From NCBI GenBank assembly GCA_030603495.1, contig JAUVXR010000013.1:1133-65132 (forward strand): a stretch of DNA of 64,000 bases, read 5' to 3'. The DNA comes from a bacterium (GTDB lineage: Bacteria; Armatimonadota; Zipacnadia; Zipacnadales; Zipacnadaceae). The notes under the pieces were generated by a model. The model saw only the letters and a program-made list of their open reading frames with translations. It was not told the origin of the DNA and did not search any database. The translations under genes were made by a program, and so were the position numbers. Positions 32,106 to 45,330 of the stretch are shown piece after piece (positions within the stretch are counted from its first letter, which is position 1; every line of letters starts with the position of its first letter).

Positions 32106-32345
32106 CTACCACGTGCTCTGTTCGGCGTCATTCCCTGCAGCGGCTTGAATGATCACCACGTTAGCAGCGCGTGGGCCTTTGTTATCCTCTTCGATGTCGA
32201 ATTCGACGACCGCACCCTCGCCGAGGGTGCGATAGCCTTCACCGCTGATGGAAGAGTAGTGTACGAACACGTCCTCACCATCATCGCGTTCAATGAAGCC
32301 GTAACCCTTGGCATCATTGAACCATTTGACTGTACCGGTTGGCAT
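32106..32345 (-). CDS. cspA: Cold-shock protein
   Basis: [30 protein letters not shown]. Confidence 0.95.
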   Translation of the reverse strand: MPTGTVKWFNDAKGYGFIERDDGEDVFVHYSSISGEGYRTLGEGAVVEFDIEEDNKGPRAANVVIIQAAAGNDAEQSTW

Positions 32346-32472
32346 ACGAACAACCTCCGTCCTTCATGGGATTTACGCCAGTCCTGCCGTACAGCCCAAA
32401 GGCCTATGGAGGATTGTCCATACGGCACCTCGGAACAGCAAATGACAAGGTCTGGCAAAACGAACAATGTAA

Positions 32473-32501
32473 AGTATACAGCAAATCGTCAAACAACACA
32501 A
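32473..32501 (-). promoter_or_regulatory. Probable csp promoter giving a ~120-nt 5' UTR
   Basis: Minus strand TTGTGT-17-TATACT. Confidence 0.45.
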
Positions 32502-32610
32502 GGCCCTAATCAATGTATGACTGTTAGGACAAGCTTTTTGTGATCCGAGCCAGCGATGGTAGAATCTGCCGATGTGAGGATTCCCCTTTCCCAGCAGCGT
32601 GGTGGGTGGC

Positions 32611-32639
32611 TTGACCACGGCAGCGGTATTTGCTATAGT
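32611..32639 (+). promoter_or_regulatory. Promoter of rpsR
   Basis: TTGACC-17-TATAGT with extended TG. Confidence 0.65.
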
Positions 32640-32718
32640 GGGGCGGTAAGCAAGCCGTAGCAGGCCCCGACAACCAGGGGCATTTGTTAATAGATTGTTC
32701 ATGAGGAGCAATGCATAG

Positions 32719-32952
32719 GTGCGAAATCACTATCGCCATCGCGGGCGCAAACGAGGCTGCCAGTTTTGCGCTGAGCCAACGCGGCATGTTATTGACTACA
32801 AGAACGTCCGGCTGTTAGAGAGATTTGTGGACGAGCAGGGACGGATCCGCAAGTCAGGCAAGACTGGTGCGTGCCGGCGCCACCAGAGCCAGCTTGCGCA
32901 ACAGATCAAGCGAACTCGAGAGATGGCACTGCTTCCTTATACGGCCAGTTAG
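32719..32952 (+). CDS. rpsR: 30S ribosomal protein S18 (Cys-containing form)
   Basis: CQFC, IDYKNVRLL..F, TGACRRHQ, IKRTREMALLPY. Confidence 0.92.
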   Translation: MRNHYRHRGRKRGCQFCAEPTRHVIDYKNVRLLERFVDEQGRIRKSGKTGACRRHQSQLAQQIKRTREMALLPYTAS

Positions 32953-33223
32953 GCTTAGCAGGCAGATCTGCTGGGCGAAGTTGACGGCAGTGTGCGGACC
33001 TACTGTTCGCCAAGTGCTAGGTAGTGTCCCAGCCGACGGCGGAACAGTTGGCTGCCATCGCGGGAGGCTACTGGGGGATTCTTCCCATCGGCTGCTTCCA
33101 CCCCAATGTGGCCGACTGGTATAACGATGGCCAGTGAGACTGGGTACTCGCGCTTAATCGGCGGATATTAGCCCAATGATGGCGCGGTCGTGACGTGTCA
33201 CTGCCGCGCTGATCTATGCCCCT

Positions 33224-34550
33224 TCAGGCTCCGGCCAGCGCCGCCTTCAGGCTCGCTTCGAAGATATCCAGGCTCTCGTTGACCTGCTCTTCGGTGACGA
33301 CCAACGGCGGGGCGACGCGAATCACGTTGCCCAACATCCCGATGGGCGCGATGCAGGCCAGCCCCCGTAGGTACGCCTGGTGGATAATCTCGCCGGCTAA
33401 CTCCTTCGCCGGGGCCTTGGACTGCACGGCCTCGACCATCTCCAGGCCCAGCACCAGCCCCATACCGCGCACGTCACCGAGCTGCTCGTACTTGTCTTTC
33501 ATCTCGTTGAAGGCATCCATCATTATCTGGCCCAGGCGGGCGGAATTCTCTACCAGGTTCTCGCGTTCGATGATCGCAATGGATGCCAGTGCCGCCGCGC
33601 AGCTCAAGGGATTGCCGCCGAAGGTAGAGCCCATTGAGCCAGGCGGCAGGGCATCCATTACCTCGCTTGTCCCTAGCACCGCCGCGCAGGGCACGCCTGA
33701 GCCCAGCCCCTTCCCTAACGTCACCAAATCGGGCTGGATGCCCCAGTGCTCCATTGCGAACATCTTGCCAGTCCGCCCGAACGAGGACTGCACCTCGTCA
33801 AGGATGAAGAAGATCCCTCTGTCCTTGCGCCACTGGTCAAGCTGTTCGAACCAGCCCGGCGGCGGGATGATGCTGCCGGCCCCGCCCTGGTACGACTCGG
33901 TCATTACCGCGCACAGCTCGCCGCAACTTTCCTGGGAAACCACCCAGTCGAGGTACTCCAGGCACTGGAAGCCGCATACATCGGGGCCCGCGCAGCCCAG
34001 CGGGCAGCGGTAGCAGTACGGGAAGGGCGAGTGGATGCAGCCAGGCACCAGCGGGCCGTAGCCGGCGTGAACGCCCAGAGACGCACCGACGGAGGCTGCG
34101 CCGAGCGTCCGGCCGTGGAAGGCGCCGTGGAAGCCGATGATCTCCCAGCCCTCGTGGGCGCGGCGGACCATGCGGATGGCGGCTTCAGTCGCATCGCTGC
34201 CGGTGGTGACCAGGAAGGCCTTGTCCAGATAGTCCGGGCTGATTTGGACCAGTTTCTCCGCCAGGTCGGCGCGTGGCGTGCTCAGGAAGTCATAGCAGTT
34301 ATAGAGCTTCTCGGCCTGGGCCTTGATCTGCTCGACATAGTGCGGGTGACAGTGGCCGACGTTGGTCACCAGTACGCCGCTGCACCAGTCCAGGAACTCA
34401 TTGCCGTCCACATCGGTTATGACACAGCCGCTGGCCTTTTCCCAGACCAGGGGTTGCTGGTAGCCGATGGAGCGGGGCTCGTATTTGGTGCGATTTCGCC
34501 AAACACTCTCGGGCTTTGGGACCAGGAAGTTCAGTCACAATATTGGGCAT
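33224..34550 (-). CDS. Class III PLP aminotransferase (GabT-like) with an apparent 1-nt frameshift near the 5' end
   Basis: DVDGNEFLD, GHCHP, FHGRT, DEVQSSFGRTG, GKGLGSG, STFGGNP; N-terminus MPNIVTELPGPKA at 34550 is out of frame. Confidence 0.85.
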
Positions 34551-34602
34551 AGCCTCGTTATCACCTACATACAACTAGGATGGGCATCCCGATCTGGGGT
34601 GC

Positions 34603-34631
34603 TTGACTAAGCCGACAGTGCCCTGTATAGT
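34603..34631 (+). promoter_or_regulatory. Upstream rrn promoter (P1-like)
   Basis: TTGACT-17-TATAGT. Confidence 0.65.
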
Positions 34632-34856
34632 AGCACTCGTGCCAAGCGGATGCAAGTGCCAGTACGGCATACTAGTTGCAGTGGTACAAATTGCCATAGG
34701 CAGCATGACCCGAACTTAGACGTTGCCGCAAACGTCTATACTAAGGAGGACGACTACAAGAGCCGATATAAGGGTTGTTCGGGGAACCAAACGTTGCTAG
34801 GCGCGAAGTATTGGCCAGGGCGCAACAGGACAAAGTGGCTATTTTCCAAAAGGGTC

Positions 34857-34885
34857 TTGACATGAAGACGATTTAAGAGTATAGT
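34857..34885 (+). promoter_or_regulatory. Proximal rrn promoter (P2-like)
   Basis: TTGACA-17-TATAGT; boxA-like GATCCTTGAAAAC at ~34908. Confidence 0.8.
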
Positions 34886-35007
34886 AACAAACCGTTGAGG
34901 CAAGAGTGATCCTTGAAAACCGAATAGCGTGCAGTCAAGCTTGGATCTTTGGCATAAAGAACTGCGCTCCGGCCCGGGTCAATGGCCCGGGTATGGAGAC
35001 GAGTTTT

Positions 35008-36547
<1,540 letters not shown>

Positions 36548-36825
36548 CTAAGGAGTATCTTGCCCTCTTCGGAGGGCTGAGTAGGTCGACGACGATTCGG
36601 GCTACGCACGCTATTCGCTTTTCGAGGATCACCACGCAAACCATTAGGGTGGTTCAAGACCACGACTATGGGTCGAAGGGCAAAAGTGAAGTCGTAAGCT
36701 GTAGCTGGTGATGAGGCTTTCCCGCGAGGGGGGACTTGATCCCCCTCGTTTTTGTGTGCATCGTGCACCTTGAAAGATATCGCGCACCTGGCAAAGGCGG
36801 CCCGGCAACCGGGGAGCAAGCTGGG

Positions 36826-36902
36826 GGGCAATTAGCTCAGTTGGTTAGAGCGCGCCCCTGATAAGGGCGAGGTCCCTGGTTCGAATCCAGGATTGCCCAC
36901 CA
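36826..36902 (+). tRNA. tRNA-Ile(GAT)
   Basis: Cloverleaf GGGCAAT...ATTGCCC-ACCA, anticodon GAT. Confidence 0.98.
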
Positions 36903-36988
36903 CTTAACGGCAGACGACGACAGAAAAGGCCAGACAACGACAGATAACAGCGGAATCTGTCCACTGGCCACTATCCACTGTCCGTTGT

Positions 36989-37064
36989 GGGGACGTAGCT
37001 CAGTTGGGAGAGCGCCTCCCTTGCACGGAGGAGGTCACCGGTTCGAGCCCGGTCGTCTCCACCA
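36989..37064 (+). tRNA. tRNA-Ala(TGC)
   Basis: Cloverleaf GGGGACG...CGTCTCC-ACCA, anticodon TGC, G3-U70 pair. Confidence 0.98.
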
Positions 37065-37313
37065 GCCTTCGCTCAACCGCGTTGAGCTACGGCCGGCTTC
37101 GCCATAGATGTCGGCAAGTAAGCCGCGGCAGGCAGGCTGCTATCGGTAATTAGTCATCAGCTATTCGGGGTATACTCTAATAGCTGATCAGTAGTTGCCG
37201 CAAAACCAGTGCACCTTGACAACTGCATAGGCTAAAGTAAAGCCACGTAGGTATATATACCTACAATGAGCCGAATGTTTATGATCGACTCACTCAAGAC
37301 CTATAGTTTGTGT

Positions 37314-40491
<3,178 letters not shown>

Positions 40492-40687
40492 CACACTTGC
40501 TCTATTGTCGGCTCATTGGCTTTACCCCCTATGCAGTTGTCAGGGTGCGTGCCGCGGCCCGTATGGCCGCGCGCCCCTGATCTTATGTGGCCGGGCATTA
40601 ATCGCACCGGGCTATGCAGTTTGGTACCAAGCCCGTGTCTTGCACCAGCCACGCCAGCTTTTTACAACTGAATACGTTCAGTTTTTT

Positions 40688-40803
40688 CCCGGTGACTATA
40701 GCGGAGGGGCCACACCCGTTCCCATTCCGAACACGGCAGTTAAGCCCTCCTGCGCCGATGGTACTGCACGGGCGACTGTGTGGGAGAGTAGGCCGTCGCC
40801 GGG
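40688..40803 (+). rRNA. rrf: 5S rRNA
   Basis: CCCGGTGAC...GTCGCCGGG helix I, CCCATTCCGAAC, GATGGTA/GAGAGTA loop E. Confidence 0.98.
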
Positions 40804-40807
40804 TTTT

Positions 40808-40836
40808 TTGCTTTTATAGGGGCCGAATGGTATAAT
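40808..40836 (+). promoter_or_regulatory. Islet promoter at the 5S junction
   Basis: TTGCTT-17-TATAAT with extended TG. Confidence 0.7.
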
Positions 40837-40912
40837 GCCATTTGGCCCCTACTTTCTCCGAACCCGCGACCCACATAAACACGAGCATTAGGCGTCCCCG
40901 AGGTGAACACAC

Positions 40913-41506
40913 ATGGCAGTGGACAATTACCATGACGAAGCCGAGCAAAGGACAAAGATAGGATTCCTGACCGTGCGACACCTGGAGGATGGAAGCTACC
41001 GTGCTGGCCTGCTTGTTACGGATGAGAGGGGTAGGCCGCTGGAACTTCGTGCCAGCGACGCTTTACGACCTGACCGAATTCAGCAACTGCTGTACGGGGA
41101 CACGCTGATCCCTACTATCGCTCAAGTGCTATGCGGTCAACCTTTGATAGACAGCTTGCGCGAGAAACCAGACGTTATCGCGGCGGACAACCAAGCGTTT
41201 CTTCCTCTACATAAGGATGACTGTCCCGTGGTCTACATTCGCCGAACGGGCCAAGAGCTGGAGGTTGACGTGGACGGCGATGTAGACCCCCAGGAAGACC
41301 CTCCCGAGGAGGTCTTACGACCAGTTGGAGCCAGATTCGATCCTGTTGTCCTAGAGTTCGCTCGCAGAATTGAGGGAGAGGACAGACAGTTGTTGCGTGA
41401 CAAACTTGCCCGCCTGCTTGAAGCATTTGACCTTGTGGAGCCCTTTGAGCGTCTTGCCAAAGCCCTCGATATGCTCCACGAGCAGCAATCTAACAAGGGA
41501 GCATAG
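40913..41506 (+). CDS. Hypothetical protein, possible RNase H-like (EndoV/UvrC-type) fold
   Basis: GAGGTG RBS; predicted three beta strands then helix, KPDVIAAD motif, DLVEPFERL C-terminus. Confidence 0.75.
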   Translation: MAVDNYHDEAEQRTKIGFLTVRHLEDGSYRAGLLVTDERGRPLELRASDALRPDRIQQLLYGDTLIPTIAQVLCGQPLIDSLREKPDVIAADNQAFLPLHKDDCPVVYIRRTGQELEVDVDGDVDPQEDPPEEVLRPVGARFDPVVLEFARRIEGEDRQLLRDKLARLLEAFDLVEPFERLAKALDMLHEQQSNKGA

Positions 41507-41511
41507 GCAAT

Positions 41512-43773
41512 ATGCTGCACGTGAGAGATACAGCCCTCCGATTTTGGAGCAGTTTGCCGTATGTACGCCCCTTAGGCTCCTGCGTGATAACAGAGGATCT
41601 CTTACTCGTATGGCACACTAAGTTAGCTGCCCCTCTCTCTACAAGGCAGTACAAAATCCGAACTCTCGGAGCGCCAGCTTTGACGGACGACCTTGCTGCA
41701 TTTCCGCCCCCCCACATCGCAGAATGGCGACTCCTTCAAGGGCCTCTTTTGGCCAACGTTAATTTTGATGCTTTCTGTCCCTCCTGCAATATTGTAGGCA
41801 AGCACTTTCTCGTGCGTGTGACTGCGCAGTCCGAATTGCCGCGCATCACCAGGGAAGGACCGACTAGATATGAGCCGAAAAGAACCGGGGAAAGGTTGCC
41901 AGTACCTGCCGCGGAGTTCCTGTGGGATGCCATCCTTGTAGTTCTCCAGCCGCCACTTGACCTCAGTCTATCGAGAATCGTTGATCTGCCACACGATCTA
42001 TATGAGTTCCAAGTACCAGGCATAGAGTTCCTCGCAAAGACGCAGCCCGGCGCTCTTCTAGGTGATGATATGGGCTTGGGTAAAACCGTTCAGGCCATCG
42101 TAGCGCTGCGGGTCCTGTTTCAAGCCGGGAGGATAAGGCACGCCCTGGTAGTTTGCCCACGAAGCGTTCTGCGACAATGGGAGAGGCACTTCGAGGAATG
42201 GGCACCTTTGCTCGTAGTTACCACTGTGGACGGTGACCGGTACGTGCGTCAAGGGTGCTGGATAGGTTATGCCAAGGCCCATGTATATTTGATGACCTAC
42301 GGAATTATGCGCCAAGACATCCAGTTGATCACAAGACGCGCTGAGAACAACCCTCGCCTTCGTTTCGACGTCGTAGTTCTCGACGAAATCTCGAATATTA
42401 AGAATCCTGGCACTAGACAATCGCAAGCCGCGAAGGCTCTGCCCAAGCGGGTGGGATGGGGACTTTCGGGAACCCCATTAGAAAACCGCCCCGGTGACGT
42501 CGTAGCAGAATTCGATTTCCTGCATCCAGAATTGTTTGCGGGCCGGACGGATTTATCCAATAGCCAAGTAAGAGATAGAATTGCCCCTTATTTTATGCGG
42601 CGACGCAAGAGCGAGGTGCTAAAGGACCTCCCTGCTCTGACGCATACCGAACACTGGCTTGAACTTACATCTCAGCAACAAGACTCCTATGAGAAGGCTT
42701 ATGAAACCGGCGTAGTGGAGCTGAGAGAAAAGGGGGAACAAGTCACTGTTACTCATATCTTTGCACTCTTGACGAAATTAAAGCAAATCTGCAACGTAGA
42801 CCCGCGCACGCGCAAGAGTGGCAAACTGAAATGGCTACAGGAAAACTTAGAGCAGATGGCCAGCGATAATGACAAAGTGCTAATCTTTTCTCAGTGGTTG
42901 GAATCTGGCGTTGACGAGATATACCAGCATTTGCCCGAGGAGAGGACACTGAGGTACGTCGGTGAGATGAGTTCGGCGAAACGTGAGGCGGTAGTGGAAC
43001 GGTTCCGGAGTGACCCAGATAAGAACGTTCTTCTCCTAACCTACGGAAGCGGGGGGCACGGCCTGAATCTACAGGCAGCAAATTATGTGATATTGTTTGA
43101 CCATTGGTGGAATCCGGCGACTGAAAAGCAGGCTGTGGACAGAACTCATCGCATAGGACAGACGAAACCGGTATTTGTATATGACCTATGGATAAAGAAT
43201 ACAGTTGAGGAGAAAATATACCAGATTCTGGAGGATAAGCAGCAGCTTTTTGCTGAAGTAATAGACTCGCTTGCTGTTGGTGGGGCCGAACGTACCGGGC
43301 TCAGCGAGGAGGACTTGTTTGGACTATTCGATCTTACACCTCCTCGGAGCGAAAGAGAGAAGAAGAAGCCCACAGTTCAGTATCTACTTGCCCTTACTCC
43401 CGATCAATTTGAAGAGTTGCTTGCTCGTATTTACAGACAAACTGGATATGATGTCAGAGTCACTCCTGCCACGAGAGACCAAGGCATAGACGTGATTGCT
43501 CACAAACAGGACGCCCTAAACCCAGAGTGCATCGCCATTCAGTGCAAGAACCATAGAGCACCTATCGGTCGCCCAGACGCACAACGCTTTCTTGGTGCAG
43601 TGACGGACCCGAAGTATTCGCAAGCTATTCTCGTTGCTACGGCCGGCTTCACGCATGATTGCGAGGAGTTTGCCCGGAAACAAGGGCGTCTCAAGCTGGT
43701 AGACGGCCAGCATCTCTGTGACCTCATGCAGGACCTGGAAATCTCGCTTCGTACGGAAGAGTTGAGCAGTTAA
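41512..43773 (+). CDS. SNF2-family helicase fused to a C-terminal Mrr-type restriction endonuclease domain
   Basis: GDDMGLGKT, LDEISNIKN, LSGTPLEN, GLNLQAA, WWNPA, QAVDRTHRIGQ; FEELL..DQGID..IQCK..LVDG. Confidence 0.9.
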   Translation: MLHVRDTALRFWSSLPYVRPLGSCVITEDLLLVWHTKLAAPLSTRQYKIRTLGAPALTDDLAAFPPPHIAEWRLLQGPLLANVNFDAFCPSCNIVGKHFLVRVTAQSELPRITREGPTRYEPKRTGERLPVPAAEFLWDAILVVLQPPLDLSLSRIVDLPHDLYEFQVPGIEFLAKTQPGALLGDDMGLGKTVQAIVALRVLFQAGRIRHALVVCPRSVLRQWERHFEEWAPLLVVTTVDGDRYVRQGCWIGYAKAHVYLMTYGIMRQDIQLITRRAENNPRLRFDVVVLDEISNIKNPGTRQSQAAKALPKRVGWGLSGTPLENRPGDVVAEFDFLHPELFAGRTDLSNSQVRDRIAPYFMRRRKSEVLKDLPALTHTEHWLELTSQQQDSYEKAYETGVVELREKGEQVTVTHIFALLTKLKQICNVDPRTRKSGKLKWLQENLEQMASDNDKVLIFSQWLESGVDEIYQHLPEERTLRYVGEMSSAKREAVVERFRSDPDKNVLLLTYGSGGHGLNLQAANYVILFDHWWNPATEKQAVDRTHRIGQTKPVFVYDLWIKNTVEEKIYQILEDKQQLFAEVIDSLAVGGAERTGLSEEDLFGLFDLTPPRSEREKKKPTVQYLLALTPDQFEELLARIYRQTGYDVRVTPATRDQGIDVIAHKQDALNPECIAIQCKNHRAPIGRPDAQRFLGAVTDPKYSQAILVATAGFTHDCEEFARKQGRLKLVDGQHLCDLMQDLEISLRTEELSS

Positions 43774-43838
43774 GCCCTCCTGCGCCGATGGCACTGCACG
43801 GGCGACTGCGGGGGAGAGTAGGTCGTCGCCGGGTTTTT
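43766..43838 (+). pseudogene. Displaced 3' fragment of 5S rRNA (attR-like)
   Basis: 69/73 identical to 40736-40808; the changes disrupt helix IV and loop E; 5' half absent. Confidence 0.9.
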
Positions 43839-43910
43839 CGTTCGTCGGTACGCTCCGTTTTGGCCACTCTACGCACGTGTTTGGGCCCTCTCCGTCGTGA
43901 CCCCTTTCAG

Positions 43911-43940
43911 TTGACTTTTGCCCCCTAAATAGAGTATAAT
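43911..43940 (+). promoter_or_regulatory. Sigma70 promoter of the 44031 operon
   Basis: TTGACT-18-TATAAT. Confidence 0.6.
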
Positions 43941-44030
43941 TCTGAGGCTCAGACGGTCTATATCTGATAAACTGTCGTCGGACGAGAGGCTCTCATAACG
44001 TCATGTATCGTCCGAGGAGTTTGAGAATAT

Positions 44031-44375
44031 ATGGAGACTTTGGTCCAGAAGATCCGCGATATCTTCTGGGGCCAGCCCAGCGAAAACGGCAACGGGATGG
44101 CTCCGGCAATGCGGATCACCGTACAATGTGACTGCGGCGAGCAAATCTCAACACGCATCGAAAAAGCATACGAGCTACAAGAGCAATATCTGCAGGCCTC
44201 TGATAACGACAAAGATAAACCACCAGCCATCGCCGGCTATCTGTTGAGAAAAGAGCTCGTCGGTAACTGCTGCCAGAACCCAGTGCGGGTTATCGTGCAT
44301 TTCGACGCCGAAAGGTGTCCGGCTGACCACAGTATCGAGGGCGGCGAGTGGGTCTCGGCCGAAGAATGCCTGTAA
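44031..44375 (+). CDS. Small Cys-containing hypothetical protein (possible zinc ribbon)
   Basis: GAGGAG upstream; VQCDCGE and LRKELVGNCC motifs. Confidence 0.75.
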   Translation: METLVQKIRDIFWGQPSENGNGMAPAMRITVQCDCGEQISTRIEKAYELQEQYLQASDNDKDKPPAIAGYLLRKELVGNCCQNPVRVIVHFDAERCPADHSIEGGEWVSAEECL

Positions 44376-44416
44376 CCTGGGGGAGTGGCTCGAGGCGTCG
44401 TGCGGAGGGATGAGCT

Positions 44417-45316
44417 ATGAGTGGCATCAGCGAAGCAGCCTCCGAGCCGCGCGGTAGCTGGTTGTTGCTAGGATCGCCGGTAGGGAAATTAGTCCTGCTG
44501 GCGATTGGCATCTATGTCGTTCTGGTCAGTACCCCCCTGATTCCCCTTCCCCCCAGCTACGGCCTGTATCTGGTCTTGGCGGGGTCGCTCGTGGCGACGC
44601 TCCTGCTGGCGGCGTTGTCGCTGATGCTGCTGATCAATGGTGCTCGGCTGCATCTATCAGTAGCTCATGAAGTGGGTCTGGTGGCTATCTCAGTGGGCCT
44701 GTGGCTGGGCCTGACCAGGTTAGCCGAACTGACTCACCTGCTCCAGCTACTCATCGCGCCCGTTGCTACCGTAGTCTTCCTGCTGGCGTGCTTATGGCTG
44801 GGGAGAGTGATATCACGCCTGTTCCGGGACCGGAGCATCCTCCTGCCGGTCTGTGGGGCGGCGGCGGTGATGGATATTTTCACGGTCTACGCTGGGCCGA
44901 CGGGCATGATGCTGGAGCAGCACCCCGAGTTTGTTAAGAGCCTGTCGGTGGCTATTCCCCAGATCGGTTCAGCCGCGGGCGAAGCGGGCCTGGCGGGGCT
45001 CAGCATCGCCAACTTCATCGGCCTGGGCGATTTCATATTCCTCGCGGCATTTCTGACCGCAGGAGCCAGGTTCGGTTTCAATCTGGCCCGCACGGCGGGG
45101 GTGGTGCTGCTTCTGGTGGCCGCGGGAATGACTGTGCACGTTTTCTCACGTGTTATGATGGGCATGCCGCTGCTCCCGTTCATCGTAGTGGGGTTTGTAG
45201 CGGCAAACTGGCGCGAGTTCCGCTTGAGCGCGGAGGAGAAGAAGGCGGTCGCTGCGGGAGCACTGCTGATCGCTGGGTTGATGCTGATAATGTGGCTGCT
45301 GGTCTGCCGAAGCTGA
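44417..45316 (+). CDS. Polytopic membrane protein, putative GxGD intramembrane aspartyl protease
   Basis: Many TM segments; VMDIFTV, IGLGDFIF and PLLPF motifs. Confidence 0.7.
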   Translation: MSGISEAASEPRGSWLLLGSPVGKLVLLAIGIYVVLVSTPLIPLPPSYGLYLVLAGSLVATLLLAALSLMLLINGARLHLSVAHEVGLVAISVGLWLGLTRLAELTHLLQLLIAPVATVVFLLACLWLGRVISRLFRDRSILLPVCGAAAVMDIFTVYAGPTGMMLEQHPEFVKSLSVAIPQIGSAAGEAGLAGLSIANFIGLGDFIFLAAFLTAGARFGFNLARTAGVVLLLVAAGMTVHVFSRVMMGMPLLPFIVVGFVAANWREFRLSAEEKKAVAAGALLIAGLMLIMWLLVCRS

Positions 45317-45330
45317 GGCTGTGCAAGACC

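Larger units (their letters stand above)
40736..43838. mobile_element. Integrase-less genomic islet flanked by a 5S rRNA-derived direct repeat
   Basis: 73-bp repeat at 40736-40808 and 43766-43838 (4 mismatches); lower GC interior; two genes. Confidence 0.8.

Noticed and set aside
40666-40687. AACTGAA-TACG-TTCAGTT-TTTT as a terminator before 5S
   Set aside because: The stem is AT-rich and weak; more likely spacer structure.
43769-43775. GTTAAGC matches the integron core GTTRRRY at the repeat boundary
   Set aside because: It is ordinary 5S sequence; no inverse core, attC hairpin or intI is visible.
43766-43838. Second functional 5S rRNA gene
   Set aside because: The 5' ~48 nt are missing and helix IV is disrupted.
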